Part shown: piece after piece, positions 54,348-63,793 of the stretch | Numbering within the stretch: the first letter of the stretch is position 1 | Layout of the letters: each line of letters opens with the position of its first letter | DNA from: a virus | Strand: one strand, 5' to 3' | Virus record (IMG/VR): IMGVR_UViG_3300046000_009133 | Coordinates: 5,668 to 69,667 of that record | DNA: 64,000 nt | Made by a program: the position numbers and the translations under genes | The notes under the pieces: generated by a model | What the model was told of the DNA's origin: nothing | Seen by the model: the letters and a program-made list of their open reading frames with translations, nothing else | The model's database searches: none

Positions 54348-56380
54348 GGCGCCACCGCGAACTGCGACAGGACTGCCCTGCGATTGGCCTTGGTGATGCG
54401 GATGCGTTTTTGGGGTGGTTTAATCTCACCAAAGTAGCCGAGGTCACGCAAAATTTCAGTCGTTTCCTCGATATACTTCGCGTAGTCGATGTCGCTGGGA
54501 AACTCATCGGGAAGATTCATCGCAGGGATGGCGCCATCAGATTTCGGCACCTTTTTGAAATTGCCGGTCGAGGCGTGAGGCTCTTTTTCCATGATCGGTG
54601 CGCCGTCGATGCCCCAATAATAGCGCACCACCTTACCGAGATACTCGTCGCGCCAAGTTGCGCCCTTTGACGCCTTAATCACCGTCACGAAGTCCCGGAT
54701 GTCACGGCTGGCGCGAATTGTGTCCTCAATCGAAGTGCCGTCCTTGATCAGCCCTAGCGCAGCGTCAGAGCAGATCGTCGCCTGGGGGTTTTTCATCAGT
54801 TGCCCGCGCACCGGGTCGAAATCGGATGAGTCTTTATTCCATGGGTTGCCGAGCGGACCTTTGCGCTTGTGACCGCCATCGGGCTTGATCGCAAAATAGC
54901 TGTTGACCGACTGGTTGTAGACAGACTTGTATTCGCCGAACTCCAATTCCATCACGGTGTCGCGTTCCCATTGCGAACAGATCGCTTCCAATGGTGACGG
55001 ATTCAGCCGGTCGCGATTCAGCCCCCCGTAGAGGTGCCGCGGGCATCGGAACAGCACACCATCAGTGTTGCCGCTAACAACCGGAATCCCGGCACCCTCG
55101 GCGCGCTCGATCAGCATCAACAGGGTCAGTTGACCGGTCAGCGTGACCGAGATCATTAGGTGGGGGGCATAGAGAGCGCTGTATCTGCTGCCGAGCTTTC
55201 CGTACACGCCATTGAGCTGGATCTTACCCCCCTTGTCGGCGACCTGGCATTCAAGAAGCTCTTGCTCCAGCAACTTTTTTCGATCAGGATCGTTGACGCT
55301 TTTGAGTTCGACCTTGACATCCTTGCTGCGCTTTTTCGCCCTAATCCTTGTGTCCATCACTTCCTGATAGACGGTAAGGAAAGCGGGTCCGAGCGCCTGG
55401 GGATACAGTCCGAGCATCAGAATCAGGCGGGGGTACTGGCCGGCGACATCAGCGTCCACTAAGATTGAGTCTTCATCGCTGTGAACCGCGCGATTGGCCT
55501 CAGTGCTATGTAGCCCGCCGATACCCATTTGATAGGTTGTAGCGCCGATGGTGACCTTCGTATCGGCCAACCACTTCGGCATGTCGACCTTGCCGTCAGA
55601 GGTGATGATGAAATCGGTCGTGCGCAATCGCTCAAGGATGCTCTGCAACTCAGGCGTCCGAAACCGCATGAACTCGGGAACCGGATAACGGAACATCGTT
55701 CCCGGCTTAACGGACGGCCGGTCGATCTGTTTACCTGTGATCTGCTCGACCCGCTTCTTAACGATGGCTTCGCCGATCTGGCTATCCGACTTCGACATGA
55801 AATAGAGACCGTGCTTCTCACCCAAGTCACGGCGCAGTTGCAGGGGTTCGGCGAGAGTCGTCCACAGGTTCTCGGTCGCATCGAGATCGCTATGGAGACA
55901 GTAATCGCCAACAACATCCATCTGCGCATCAGTTAGAACTGTGCTCTCATGGTAAGGTAAATCCTGCAACCGCGTTCCGTGCATCCGACCGTTGAGCGCC
56001 TTCAAACCGGCAAAGGCATTCGGCTGCGGTTCCATGAGGTCGATGTGGTGGTTCTTTACGTCCCACGGTAGCCGGATGCCAAGGAAGTCCTCAACCTCCC
56101 ACGGCTTCAGATTGCCCTTGATGATGCCATCGCTGGCCCGCTTCAACTTTTCATTGGTCACGTTCTCGTCGAGCGAGTACCAGATCATCGGCAAGTCATA
56201 GGTCAGGCTGTTGTAGCCCACGGTTTCATTGCGCAGCAAAATGCGCCGCACGAAATCCCGATCATAGTTCTGATTGCGCCCGCTGAACTCGACACCGACC
56301 CGCTTTCCATCGTGCTGGCGCTTGAAGCCGACGAAAAAGTAATTCTGGTAGCACTCAATGTCGGTGAAAATTGTGTGCAT
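54344..56380 (-). CDS. DNA polymerase, family B-type, with N-terminal 3'-5' exonuclease
   Basis: DIE (ExoI), YN...YD (ExoII), YC..D (ExoIII); DVAGQYP (A), K..LNGVYGK (B), NTDG (C). Confidence 0.9.
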   Translation of the reverse strand: MHTIFTDIECYQNYFFVGFKRQHDGKRVGVEFSGRNQNYDRDFVRRILLRNETVGYNSLTYDLPMIWYSLDENVTNEKLKRASDGIIKGNLKPWEVEDFLGIRLPWDVKNHHIDLMEPQPNAFAGLKALNGRMHGTRLQDLPYHESTVLTDAQMDVVGDYCLHSDLDATENLWTTLAEPLQLRRDLGEKHGLYFMSKSDSQIGEAIVKKRVEQITGKQIDRPSVKPGTMFRYPVPEFMRFRTPELQSILERLRTTDFIITSDGKVDMPKWLADTKVTIGATTYQMGIGGLHSTEANRAVHSDEDSILVDADVAGQYPRLILMLGLYPQALGPAFLTVYQEVMDTRIRAKKRSKDVKVELKSVNDPDRKKLLEQELLECQVADKGGKIQLNGVYGKLGSRYSALYAPHLMISVTLTGQLTLLMLIERAEGAGIPVVSGNTDGVLFRCPRHLYGGLNRDRLNPSPLEAICSQWERDTVMELEFGEYKSVYNQSVNSYFAIKPDGGHKRKGPLGNPWNKDSSDFDPVRGQLMKNPQATICSDAALGLIKDGTSIEDTIRASRDIRDFVTVIKASKGATWRDEYLGKVVRYYWGIDGAPIMEKEPHASTGNFKKVPKSDGAIPAMNLPDEFPSDIDYAKYIEETTEILRDLGYFGEIKPPQKRIRITKANRRAVLSQFAVAP

Positions 56381-56961
56381 TACAGATCAAGCATGGTGCT
56401 ACCAATAGCAGGATCAGCCACAACCTTCCGACCCTTGATTTCCTGCCACATGCTGCTGACCCACATCGCCTGATGCCGAGCGTCATCCAGCGCGTTGTGA
56501 TAGACGCCGGCGCTGCTCTCAATCTTCGGTGCCCTGCGACCAGCCAGCAGCGCGACTGTGCGACAGCAACGCACGTTCCAGAACTTCCAGGGTGACAACT
56601 GCCCGAGCGCCTTGTGATAGGCATATTCGAGAATCGTCATGTCGAAACTGGGTCCGTTGCCCCAAACCTCAATATCTTTCCAGCCTGAGCGACCGAATTT
56701 CGTCAGTTCAGTAAGCCCTTCAGCCAGCGTCTTTTGACCCGATATCGCAGCTTTACGAGCAGGGTCAGCCTGTGACATCCACCACTTGAAAGTATCACCA
56801 TCTGGAACACTGTGATGAAAAGCATCGACCGGCGAAATCGCGACATAGAACTCGGCGCCGAGCTTCGATTTGTCCGGATCAAACATCACCGCCCCAATCG
56901 AAAGCACAGGTGCATTTGCCCGCTGCCCGCAGGTCTCAATGTCAATCATCATATGGTTCAT
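56380..56961 (-). CDS. DEDDh 3'-5' exonuclease (exonuclease VIII N-terminal/DUF5051-like)
   Basis: MIDIET, WGNGPSFD, HNALDDA.HQA. Confidence 0.9.
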   Translation of the reverse strand: MNHMMIDIETCGQRANAPVLSIGAVMFDPDKSKLGAEFYVAISPVDAFHHSVPDGDTFKWWMSQADPARKAAISGQKTLAEGLTELTKFGRSGWKDIEVWGNGPSFDMTILEYAYHKALGQLSPWKFWNVRCCRTVALLAGRRAPKIESSAGVYHNALDDARHQAMWVSSMWQEIKGRKVVADPAIGSTMLDL

Positions 56962-57020
56962 AACGTGAATCTCCCGTAAAAAGTGATTCGAGGGGCAGTG
57001 CAAACCGCCCCTCGCTGCTG

Positions 57021-57707
57021 TCAGAGGTCCAACAAGCTGCCAGACGAAGCGGCGCCGGTCTTCGGTCCGCTGTCGAAGCTGTCGTCTTCTTCCAGCGTGT
57101 CAAAGTCGTCGTCATCGACATAAATGCCGCCGCCGCCCAGACGCTCGCCTTCCTGATGCGACCGAACCGCCTCGACAGAGCACGTCAGACGCGCAGTTCC
57201 GCCATTGTCGGTCCCATAGAAACTGATGATAACGTCGCAGTACGAACCGTTGTAGACGATCTCGTTGATCTTGGTGACATCCTCGATCACCTTCTTGTAA
57301 CGATCGCGGATTTGAGGTCTGCTTTTTCCAGCGGCCGGACCTTTGCTCGCAAGAACGAGGTTTCCTTCATAACCCTTGTATATTTCACCCTTGTCGGTTT
57401 TGAACCGCTCGCCTTTCCGCAACGCACACTGCTTCGGATCATCGGCCATCAAGGTCTTGTACCAGTCTTCCGGTCGCTTGAACTCACGCGCCGCGGCCTT
57501 CATCGCCGAAATAGTGGCAGCCTGATTGCTCTCGAAATCCGGCGAACCTGTTTCCAACAGCCAGTTTGCACCATGCGTCGGTTTCGCAGATGGGTCTTTG
57601 TTCTTCTTCGGAAGTGATGCTACTTGAAGCGACTCAGCAAATGAAGCACGCACCCTTGTCAGTGTAACGGTGCGGCCAGTTGCGTCTTTGGAATTCACTT
57701 TTCCCAT
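57021..57707 (-). CDS. ssDNA-binding protein (DUF2815-like)
   Basis: VR.SF...Y.G.Y.D...S.EAVR...GE.LGGG plus acidic tail. Confidence 0.8.
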   Translation of the reverse strand: MGKVNSKDATGRTVTLTRVRASFAESLQVASLPKKNKDPSAKPTHGANWLLETGSPDFESNQAATISAMKAAAREFKRPEDWYKTLMADDPKQCALRKGERFKTDKGEIYKGYEGNLVLASKGPAAGKSRPQIRDRYKKVIEDVTKINEIVYNGSYCDVIISFYGTDNGGTARLTCSVEAVRSHQEGERLGGGGIYVDDDDFDTLEEDDSFDSGPKTGAASSGSLLDL

Positions 57708-57740
57708 TTTCTCTCTTTCTCTCTTTCTCTCTTTCTCGGT

Positions 57741-59030
57741 TCAGTCTAAGTCTTCAAAGTCATCATCCGAAATCACCGTATAGGCTTCCTTCGGATGATC
57801 AGCCGATACGAGTTTCGGCCTTCCTGGTGGTCGTCGCACCAGTTCCTGAAGGGCATCATACTCATCAGGATGCCCTAATTTCTTGCGACCCGGCTTCATC
57901 AACCGTTCGATTTCTGTGATACCGATAACCTGCAGAGGCTTGAAAGCATCAGCCCGCAGCGCCTTCACAACCAGTGTCTCGGCAGCCTTCTCATCAGCGA
58001 AATAACGGTGACCCTGATCGCCCATGATGGCCTTGGAACCCGGATCGGGGTCGCCTGCCATTGCTGCGTCAAGCGAAGCCTGGTGCATCTGCGCAAGCCA
58101 TGCACGAATGTCGGAAGCGTGTTTGACGATGTAGTAGCGCAGAGCCTTGGGCATTTGGGCTGGGTCGCGAAACGTTGGTGCCTCACTGCCGTCCATCAGG
58201 CCAACACCGAGCATGTTCAGGTGCCAAGCGTTCCGCGCAGCGCAGCCACGCTTGGTTTTGCGAACTGGACACCACTGGCAGCCTGCCTTGGTCGGTACAA
58301 ATTCCACGTCGCCACGCTGGACGCGATCATACGCAGCGCGCATTTCTTCACCGAAGGCGAGCAGTTCAGGTAGCGTGATTTCCCAGAACTTCATCCCGCC
58401 TGCACGAGGCTGGTCGATGTTCATCACGACGCCATCAACCTCGGGACGACCGAGCATGTGCCACACGCCGAGCATGTACGCGCGCAACTGGCGGCTACCG
58501 ATAGCGGCAACTGGTTTCCCGACACCATTCTTGTAATCGCTACCATAAAGCTTTTTCTTGTAGACCCAAGCCGTGTCGCAAGTGCCGAACTGATTAGGTA
58601 ACCAAGGACTCAGGTCAACACGGATCTCGACCATCGGCGTTGACGTGTGCTGCCTGATCCAGTCGATGCCTTCAACCAGCCGATCCGCCATGTCTTCGTC
58701 GATGGTAAAGCTGAAACCATCAGCAGCGAATGTCGAACCCACAAAATGAAACGGCTGTAGATTCAGTTCGAGGCACAGTTGTCGAACCTCGTGCAGCGCA
58801 GTGCCTTCTGCTGAAAAACTGGTGGAACCTCTGTCAGCGAGCACGACATCATCATATGCACCAGCTCCGAATTCAATCACGTCATCTTCGCTGATCTGTT
58901 CCCCGTCGCTTTCCAGATCGGAAGCCTTGATCTCGCCAGCCCGCAGCAATTGGTCAATCAACGGCACCGATGCCGTGCAGACCATAGCCCGATCAAGGCC
59001 GGAAGGGGGGAACAGGCGCGCGTGTGCCAT
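57741..59030 (-). CDS. DUF2800 Cas4-like/PD-(D/E)XK nuclease
   Basis: HA...PS...R...C; EGT..H; FGTCD; DYK.G.G; QL..Y..G; QPR; C.WC. Confidence 0.88.
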   Translation of the reverse strand: MAHARLFPPSGLDRAMVCTASVPLIDQLLRAGEIKASDLESDGEQISEDDVIEFGAGAYDDVVLADRGSTSFSAEGTALHEVRQLCLELNLQPFHFVGSTFAADGFSFTIDEDMADRLVEGIDWIRQHTSTPMVEIRVDLSPWLPNQFGTCDTAWVYKKKLYGSDYKNGVGKPVAAIGSRQLRAYMLGVWHMLGRPEVDGVVMNIDQPRAGGMKFWEITLPELLAFGEEMRAAYDRVQRGDVEFVPTKAGCQWCPVRKTKRGCAARNAWHLNMLGVGLMDGSEAPTFRDPAQMPKALRYYIVKHASDIRAWLAQMHQASLDAAMAGDPDPGSKAIMGDQGHRYFADEKAAETLVVKALRADAFKPLQVIGITEIERLMKPGRKKLGHPDEYDALQELVRRPPGRPKLVSADHPKEAYTVISDDDFEDLD

Positions 59031-59533
59031 CAGTAACGCTTGCCACCAACAGCTCGGTTCTCCAGCTTGTGGTCGGCACGGTCCTTATTGAAACGGTTCT
59101 TTTCGATGATTGCGCCAGCGAGATCGTAACCGCGGGCCGCACAAGTATCCATGATGCGGATGACGCAATCCGCAAACTCTACCTCCTGACCGGGCCGATG
59201 GGGCAATTTATCGTCCATCAAGCCTTTCCGATCAGCTTCCAGTGCCTCGGACAGTTCGCTGTGCATCAGGGCGACGACTTCCCCAAAGTTCCGATCCACA
59301 ACATTACCAGTCGCCGGATCGCGATACCAACCAGCCTCAGTTGCGGTCTTGTGGGCAAGATGTTGCGCAGCCTGAAGGCCGATGCGTGCGAGTTGCTCAG
59401 TATCCTCCAACCAGTTCTCTACTGATTTGATTTGATCCGGCATATCAGCATGACCATGGACATGCTTTTGGATCATCGACCGAGCATCGCGCAGCGTCCT
59501 AAGTGCCTGTTTAACATTCATCATTTTAACCAT
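59030..59533 (-). CDS. MazG-like nucleotide pyrophosphohydrolase
   Basis: ALMHSELSEALEA.RK...EVEFADC.IRI.D...EK..FN..R..H. Confidence 0.85.
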   Translation of the reverse strand: MVKMMNVKQALRTLRDARSMIQKHVHGHADMPDQIKSVENWLEDTEQLARIGLQAAQHLAHKTATEAGWYRDPATGNVVDRNFGEVVALMHSELSEALEADRKGLMDDKLPHRPGQEVEFADCVIRIMDTCAARGYDLAGAIIEKNRFNKDRADHKLENRAVGGKRY

Positions 59534-59623
59534 TTCAGTCTCCCAGGGTTCTTTCAGCAGGCGATTACCGCCTCTTGGAAGAACCCTGCCCATTGCAGGA
59601 CAGGGGTAATGATCAGATGAGGC

Positions 59624-59809
59624 TCACAGCGCCCCCAAACCAGCTTCGGTGATCTGCGCGCCGGCATAACCTCGGTTGATGTTCAGCCCGACATGGGGAG
59701 TAATGAACCCAACATCGCGAAGCTTGCCGAAGTGGACGATCGCCATCGGGCCGGGTTTGTCAGCCACCGCTTGCAGGGCTGCCTTCTGTTTTTCAGTCAT
59801 GGAAAACAT
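59624..59809 (-). CDS. small hypothetical (winged-helix-like) protein
   Basis: AAAGGA SD; L...G.I...ITEAG..AL. Confidence 0.55.
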   Translation of the reverse strand: MFSMTEKQKAALQAVADKPGPMAIVHFGKLRDVGFITPHVGLNINRGYAGAQITEAGLGAL

Positions 59810-59834
59810 GGTCGTTCCTTTTGTGTTGGAGGGA

Positions 59835-60302
59835 TCAGTCCAGCAAGCCGCCGGCGGCAGGCGCGGTCGTCAAATCGCCCTTGGCAACCTGCGCTGCCAA
59901 GTTGTCCTTGAACACCTGGATTGCGTCGTCCTTGATGTTCGCGACATCGAACGCATCGGTAGGGGTTCCCGGCTTCTTGATCGCGTCATGCTGCAACAGC
60001 TTCTTCACCTTGTCCTTGCGCGCCTGCCGTTCTTCCTCACGGGTAGCCCCACCAACCCAGGCGCCAATGGACGCAGCAATTTCCTCATAGACCGTGGGAT
60101 CGACGCCAGAAGCTGCGGGTTCTGTTTTGGTCTCAGCAGGTTTGGTTTCGGCAGGCTTCGCAGCAACAGCCTTTGCGGCGGGGGCAGCGCTGGACTTCAC
60201 AGCCTCGATCGCCTCAGAGCGCAACGCCATCAAATTCTTGGTGGCTTCAGTGTTGTCCTTCAGCGCGGCGGTCAGGTCTTTCAACAGGTCTTCAAGTGCC
60301 AT
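59835..60302 (-). CDS. hypothetical Ala/Pro/Lys-rich protein, first gene of replication operon
   Basis: GGGGAG SD; position typical of Chi-like phages. Confidence 0.75.
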   Translation of the reverse strand: MALEDLLKDLTAALKDNTEATKNLMALRSEAIEAVKSSAAPAAKAVAAKPAETKPAETKTEPAASGVDPTVYEEIAASIGAWVGGATREEERQARKDKVKKLLQHDAIKKPGTPTDAFDVANIKDDAIQVFKDNLAAQVAKGDLTTAPAAGGLLD

Positions 60303-60470
60303 GGGTGTCTCCCCTTTTGGCGTGAATGTCACGACAAACGTGACGATGAGCCACTTTGAACATAGGGCGTTCTTTATTTCAAGTGAAAAGTGCATACTTT
60401 CACGGCACAGTTGATTTTGCTCTGTGATGGGGGTAGAGGTTGAGTCTCACGCAGACAAAGAGGGTGACCT

Positions 60471-60779
60471 GTGACGAAAACTCCCAACCAAACCGGACGA
60501 CCACCAAAGACGAAACGGCCGAGCATTTATTCGACGCCGCTCTACAAGCTTATGTTGTCGAATCTGCCTGAGCGGTTCATTTCCGAAGACGGAAAAGTGA
60601 ACACGCTGAAGCTGTCGGAAGCCATGAAAAACAAGCGCATGACCATCTATCGCTGGTTTCAGGGTTTCAACATGAGCGTCAAATCCGCGAATCAGTTGGC
60701 TGAACTTTCGGCCGCTTCAAAATGTGAAAGAAAAGGGCTTCTTACCGTACAAAAGCTGTTGCCGTTCGTCGGCCTCTGA
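60471..60779 (+). CDS. HTH DNA-binding protein (Cro-like)
   Basis: LSEAMKNKRMTIYRWF; divergent, precedes the primase. Confidence 0.7.
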   Translation: MTKTPNQTGRPPKTKRPSIYSTPLYKLMLSNLPERFISEDGKVNTLKLSEAMKNKRMTIYRWFQGFNMSVKSANQLAELSAASKCERKGLLTVQKLLPFVGL

Positions 60780-60794
60780 CGGTCAGAACATATC

Positions 60795-63383
60795 ATGGCA
60801 ACAGTTCCCACGCTCTCGGGCGTGCTTGCACACATTCGCCCGCTGGTCATTGCTGGAGCATCCTGTCACTGGTTGCACCCATTCGACTATGTTGATGAAA
60901 ACGGCTACAAGCGCGGCAAGACGCCGCGGGCATCCAAATGGTCCGAAGAACCGACGCTCGATCTTGCTGATCTGGAACGCACCTATCGTGACCGGTCAAA
61001 TATCGGCATTCGCTTGGGCGAACCGTCGCTGATTTCAGGCTTCTATCTTCATCTGATCGACCTTGATGTTCGCAAGCCAGAGCTTGAAGCCGAAGCATGG
61101 GCAGCATTGCTTGCGATCTGGCCGGAAGCCCGTAACTTTCCTCGCGTTATCAGCGGCAGCAGGGGTGCCAGCAGACACATTTACTTCCTGTCGCGGCAAC
61201 CGTTTCGCAAACTGAAACTGGCAAAATCCACGACATTTGATCTGGTTTGGGACGACATTCAAAAGCGCCATGTTTCCCGAAATGATTGGGAAATCGACCT
61301 GATGGGCACCGGTTCCCAAGCGGTTATCCCCCCATCATTGCATCCCGATACCGGACTCGCCTACGAATGGGAGCAGGCGCTTGATTTTTCGATGCTGGAT
61401 CTGGGAATTGGCCCGATTGTTGCAGTCGAATCCATTGAAGCCTGGGGCGCGCGGCTGACGCAGCCCGAATCAGATGAAGACGATCTTGAGACCCTGTTCA
61501 ATAACTCCCCGCTGAACCTCGACGATGATCAGATTGATGAAATTCTTACTTTGATCCCGAATGACGGCGAAGAATTTGACAGTGCTGGGAACCTGATTCG
61601 AACCGGCGCCCACTATGACGATTACATCGAAGTCGGCATGGCGCTGCACCACCAGTATCAAGGAACTGAAGACGGCTTCATAAAATGGGTCGATTGGGCT
61701 TCGCAAGCGTCAAAGTTCGACCTGAAACACGCCCGCTATCGCTGGGACAAGTCGTTCGGGGATGCCAAGAATCCGGTTCGCATGGCCACGTTGATCCAGA
61801 AGGCAAACACCAATCGCCTCAAGTCCGAGCACGACTTCGAAACAGAGGATTCGTTCGAAACCGGCACCGCTTTGATGATTCGACCGGTTACAGACCTGTC
61901 GGCGCTGCTGGACGGTCCGGTATCGACTACCAGTCTGAGCAATATCTTGAGCGGATCAGCCCCGGCACCACCGAAAGCCGCCGAACCGGAGCCCGATGCG
62001 AATTGGGAACGGCTGCTGGCGCGGAATGAAGAAGGGGAGTTGAAGTCGAACGCGCACAACCTCGCCCTTATCGCGGCCAATGACCTGCGGCTTGTTGGCG
62101 TTCCGGCGATCAACGAATTCACTCAGGAGATCGTGTTGCGGAAGACACCAATGCGAATTCGCAAGAAGGACCGCGCCAGTGCAAACCCGGTTCGCAATTT
62201 GGAAGGTCGCCTTTGGACATTGAGTAACCCGATCAACGGCGATTTTTGGATTGATTCCCACGACAGCGCAATCCGCATCATGTTCGAAGCACCAAGCACC
62301 CAAGGAGGGTATGGAATAAAAGTAACCGATCGAGATCTCAAAGCCGGGATAGACGCGGCAGCTCAGAAGAACGCCTTTCATCCAGTTCAGCAGAAGTTAA
62401 AATCGTTCGTCTGGGATGGCATTCCTCGGGCCGAGCAGATGTTCATCGACTTTCTGGGCTGTCCCAACACCCCCTATCACCGCGAAGCGGCCTTGATGAC
62501 ACTGGTTGGCGCCGTGGCGCGCGTCTTCGAACCGGGACACAAGTTCGACTTCGTACCAATCCTTGAAGGTATACAGGGTAAAGGCAAAACGACCTTCATC
62601 CGCACTCTTGCGATGGATTGGTACAGCGAGTTGACCGGTGACATCAGCGATGTGCAGGAAATGGTCGAACACATGCAAGGCTCGTGGATCATGGAGATCG
62701 GCGAGTTATCCTCTATGCACAAGTCCGAGGTCAACGACCTGAAGGCATTCGTCTCACGCACCGAAGACAAGACCCGTCTCGCCTATGGCAAACGCGCAAT
62801 GGTCTTCCCGCGGCAGTGCATCTTCATCGGATCGACCAACGACAACGAATACCTCCGCGACCAGACCGGTGGCCGTCGCTTCTGGCCGATCAAATGCCAT
62901 ATCGAAGGCGAGATCGACAACGAGCGGTTCCACGGTATTGTTCATCAGTATTGGGCCGAAGCATTGACCATCTACCTCGCCATGCGAGCATCAAAGCCGC
63001 ATGGCGACCTGCCCCTTTACCTCCGTGACGAGATCGCCGCCAAGGAAGCCATGCTGATGCAGGAGAGCCGCCGCGTCGAGACCTCGGAAGACGTGCTATC
63101 CGGTCTAATCGCTGCTTGGCTAGAACGTCCCGTGGATGACGAAACCGGGTTCGACGACCTCGACACCACCGCCCCGAAACAGTACCGCCAGGAAACCTGC
63201 ACCGCTGAGATATGGGAGCGGGTCATGGGCGGAAAGCAGGGTAATATTCCTCAGAATGAGTCGATCAAGATCGGTCGCGCGATGACTATTCTGGGTTGGC
63301 CAAGAACGGAGAACGGGGTTCGGGACCGCCCGTTGAACAAGATATACGGTAAAACCCGCGTCTACGTCCGACCTACGAAATAG
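60795..63383 (+). CDS. primase-polymerase / PriCT-2 / VirE(VapE)-like helicase fusion
   Basis: NIGIRLG, IDLD, H.Y, VIPPSLHPDTG..YEW; W..WA....KF; LEGIQGKGKTT; GSTN...YLRDQTGGRRFWP. Confidence 0.93.
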   Translation: MATVPTLSGVLAHIRPLVIAGASCHWLHPFDYVDENGYKRGKTPRASKWSEEPTLDLADLERTYRDRSNIGIRLGEPSLISGFYLHLIDLDVRKPELEAEAWAALLAIWPEARNFPRVISGSRGASRHIYFLSRQPFRKLKLAKSTTFDLVWDDIQKRHVSRNDWEIDLMGTGSQAVIPPSLHPDTGLAYEWEQALDFSMLDLGIGPIVAVESIEAWGARLTQPESDEDDLETLFNNSPLNLDDDQIDEILTLIPNDGEEFDSAGNLIRTGAHYDDYIEVGMALHHQYQGTEDGFIKWVDWASQASKFDLKHARYRWDKSFGDAKNPVRMATLIQKANTNRLKSEHDFETEDSFETGTALMIRPVTDLSALLDGPVSTTSLSNILSGSAPAPPKAAEPEPDANWERLLARNEEGELKSNAHNLALIAANDLRLVGVPAINEFTQEIVLRKTPMRIRKKDRASANPVRNLEGRLWTLSNPINGDFWIDSHDSAIRIMFEAPSTQGGYGIKVTDRDLKAGIDAAAQKNAFHPVQQKLKSFVWDGIPRAEQMFIDFLGCPNTPYHREAALMTLVGAVARVFEPGHKFDFVPILEGIQGKGKTTFIRTLAMDWYSELTGDISDVQEMVEHMQGSWIMEIGELSSMHKSEVNDLKAFVSRTEDKTRLAYGKRAMVFPRQCIFIGSTNDNEYLRDQTGGRRFWPIKCHIEGEIDNERFHGIVHQYWAEALTIYLAMRASKPHGDLPLYLRDEIAAKEAMLMQESRRVETSEDVLSGLIAAWLERPVDDETGFDDLDTTAPKQYRQETCTAEIWERVMGGKQGNIPQNESIKIGRAMTILGWPRTENGVRDRPLNKIYGKTRVYVRPTK

Positions 63384-63415
63384 CCTGTAATCTATCATGT
63401 ATCAGGCTGCATTTG

Positions 63416-63439
63416 ACCCGCTTCGGCGGGTTTTTTGTT
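63416..63439 (+). terminator. intrinsic terminator after primase
   Basis: GACCCGC-TTCG-GCGGGTT-TTTT. Confidence 0.85.
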
Positions 63440-63513
63440 AGGAAATCGACTGTATAGCAAGATGGATTTTACAAGAATCGCGCAGATGGTGATTTTTCTA
63501 TTTTACCCACTCT

Positions 63514-63735
63514 TGGCCACTCTGACCACTTGGCCACTCGACTCTCCTGGAGTCTCCAACGACCCCCCTCTTTCACATTACCAGTGTAAGTGCCTGTCAG
63601 GCCAATTACCCATTTAACCCTCTATATAGACTTTATAGGAAAGTAAGTGGCCAGAGTGGCCAGAGTGGTTAGTATCTGAAATATAAGCACTTTTCCGGCC
63701 ACTCCAGCTTGGCCACTACGATTGTCTAGTGGCCA
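63514..63735. repeat. about 7 (T)GGCCACT copies in both orientations around an AT-rich core; candidate replication origin
   Basis: Copies at 63514, 63531, 63646, 63655, 63697, 63710, 63728. Confidence 0.6.
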
Positions 63736-63793
63736 GTTGATTGTATGCGATGATTGATTTTACGCAGTTTCGTTGAGATGGATTTTGCAACAT

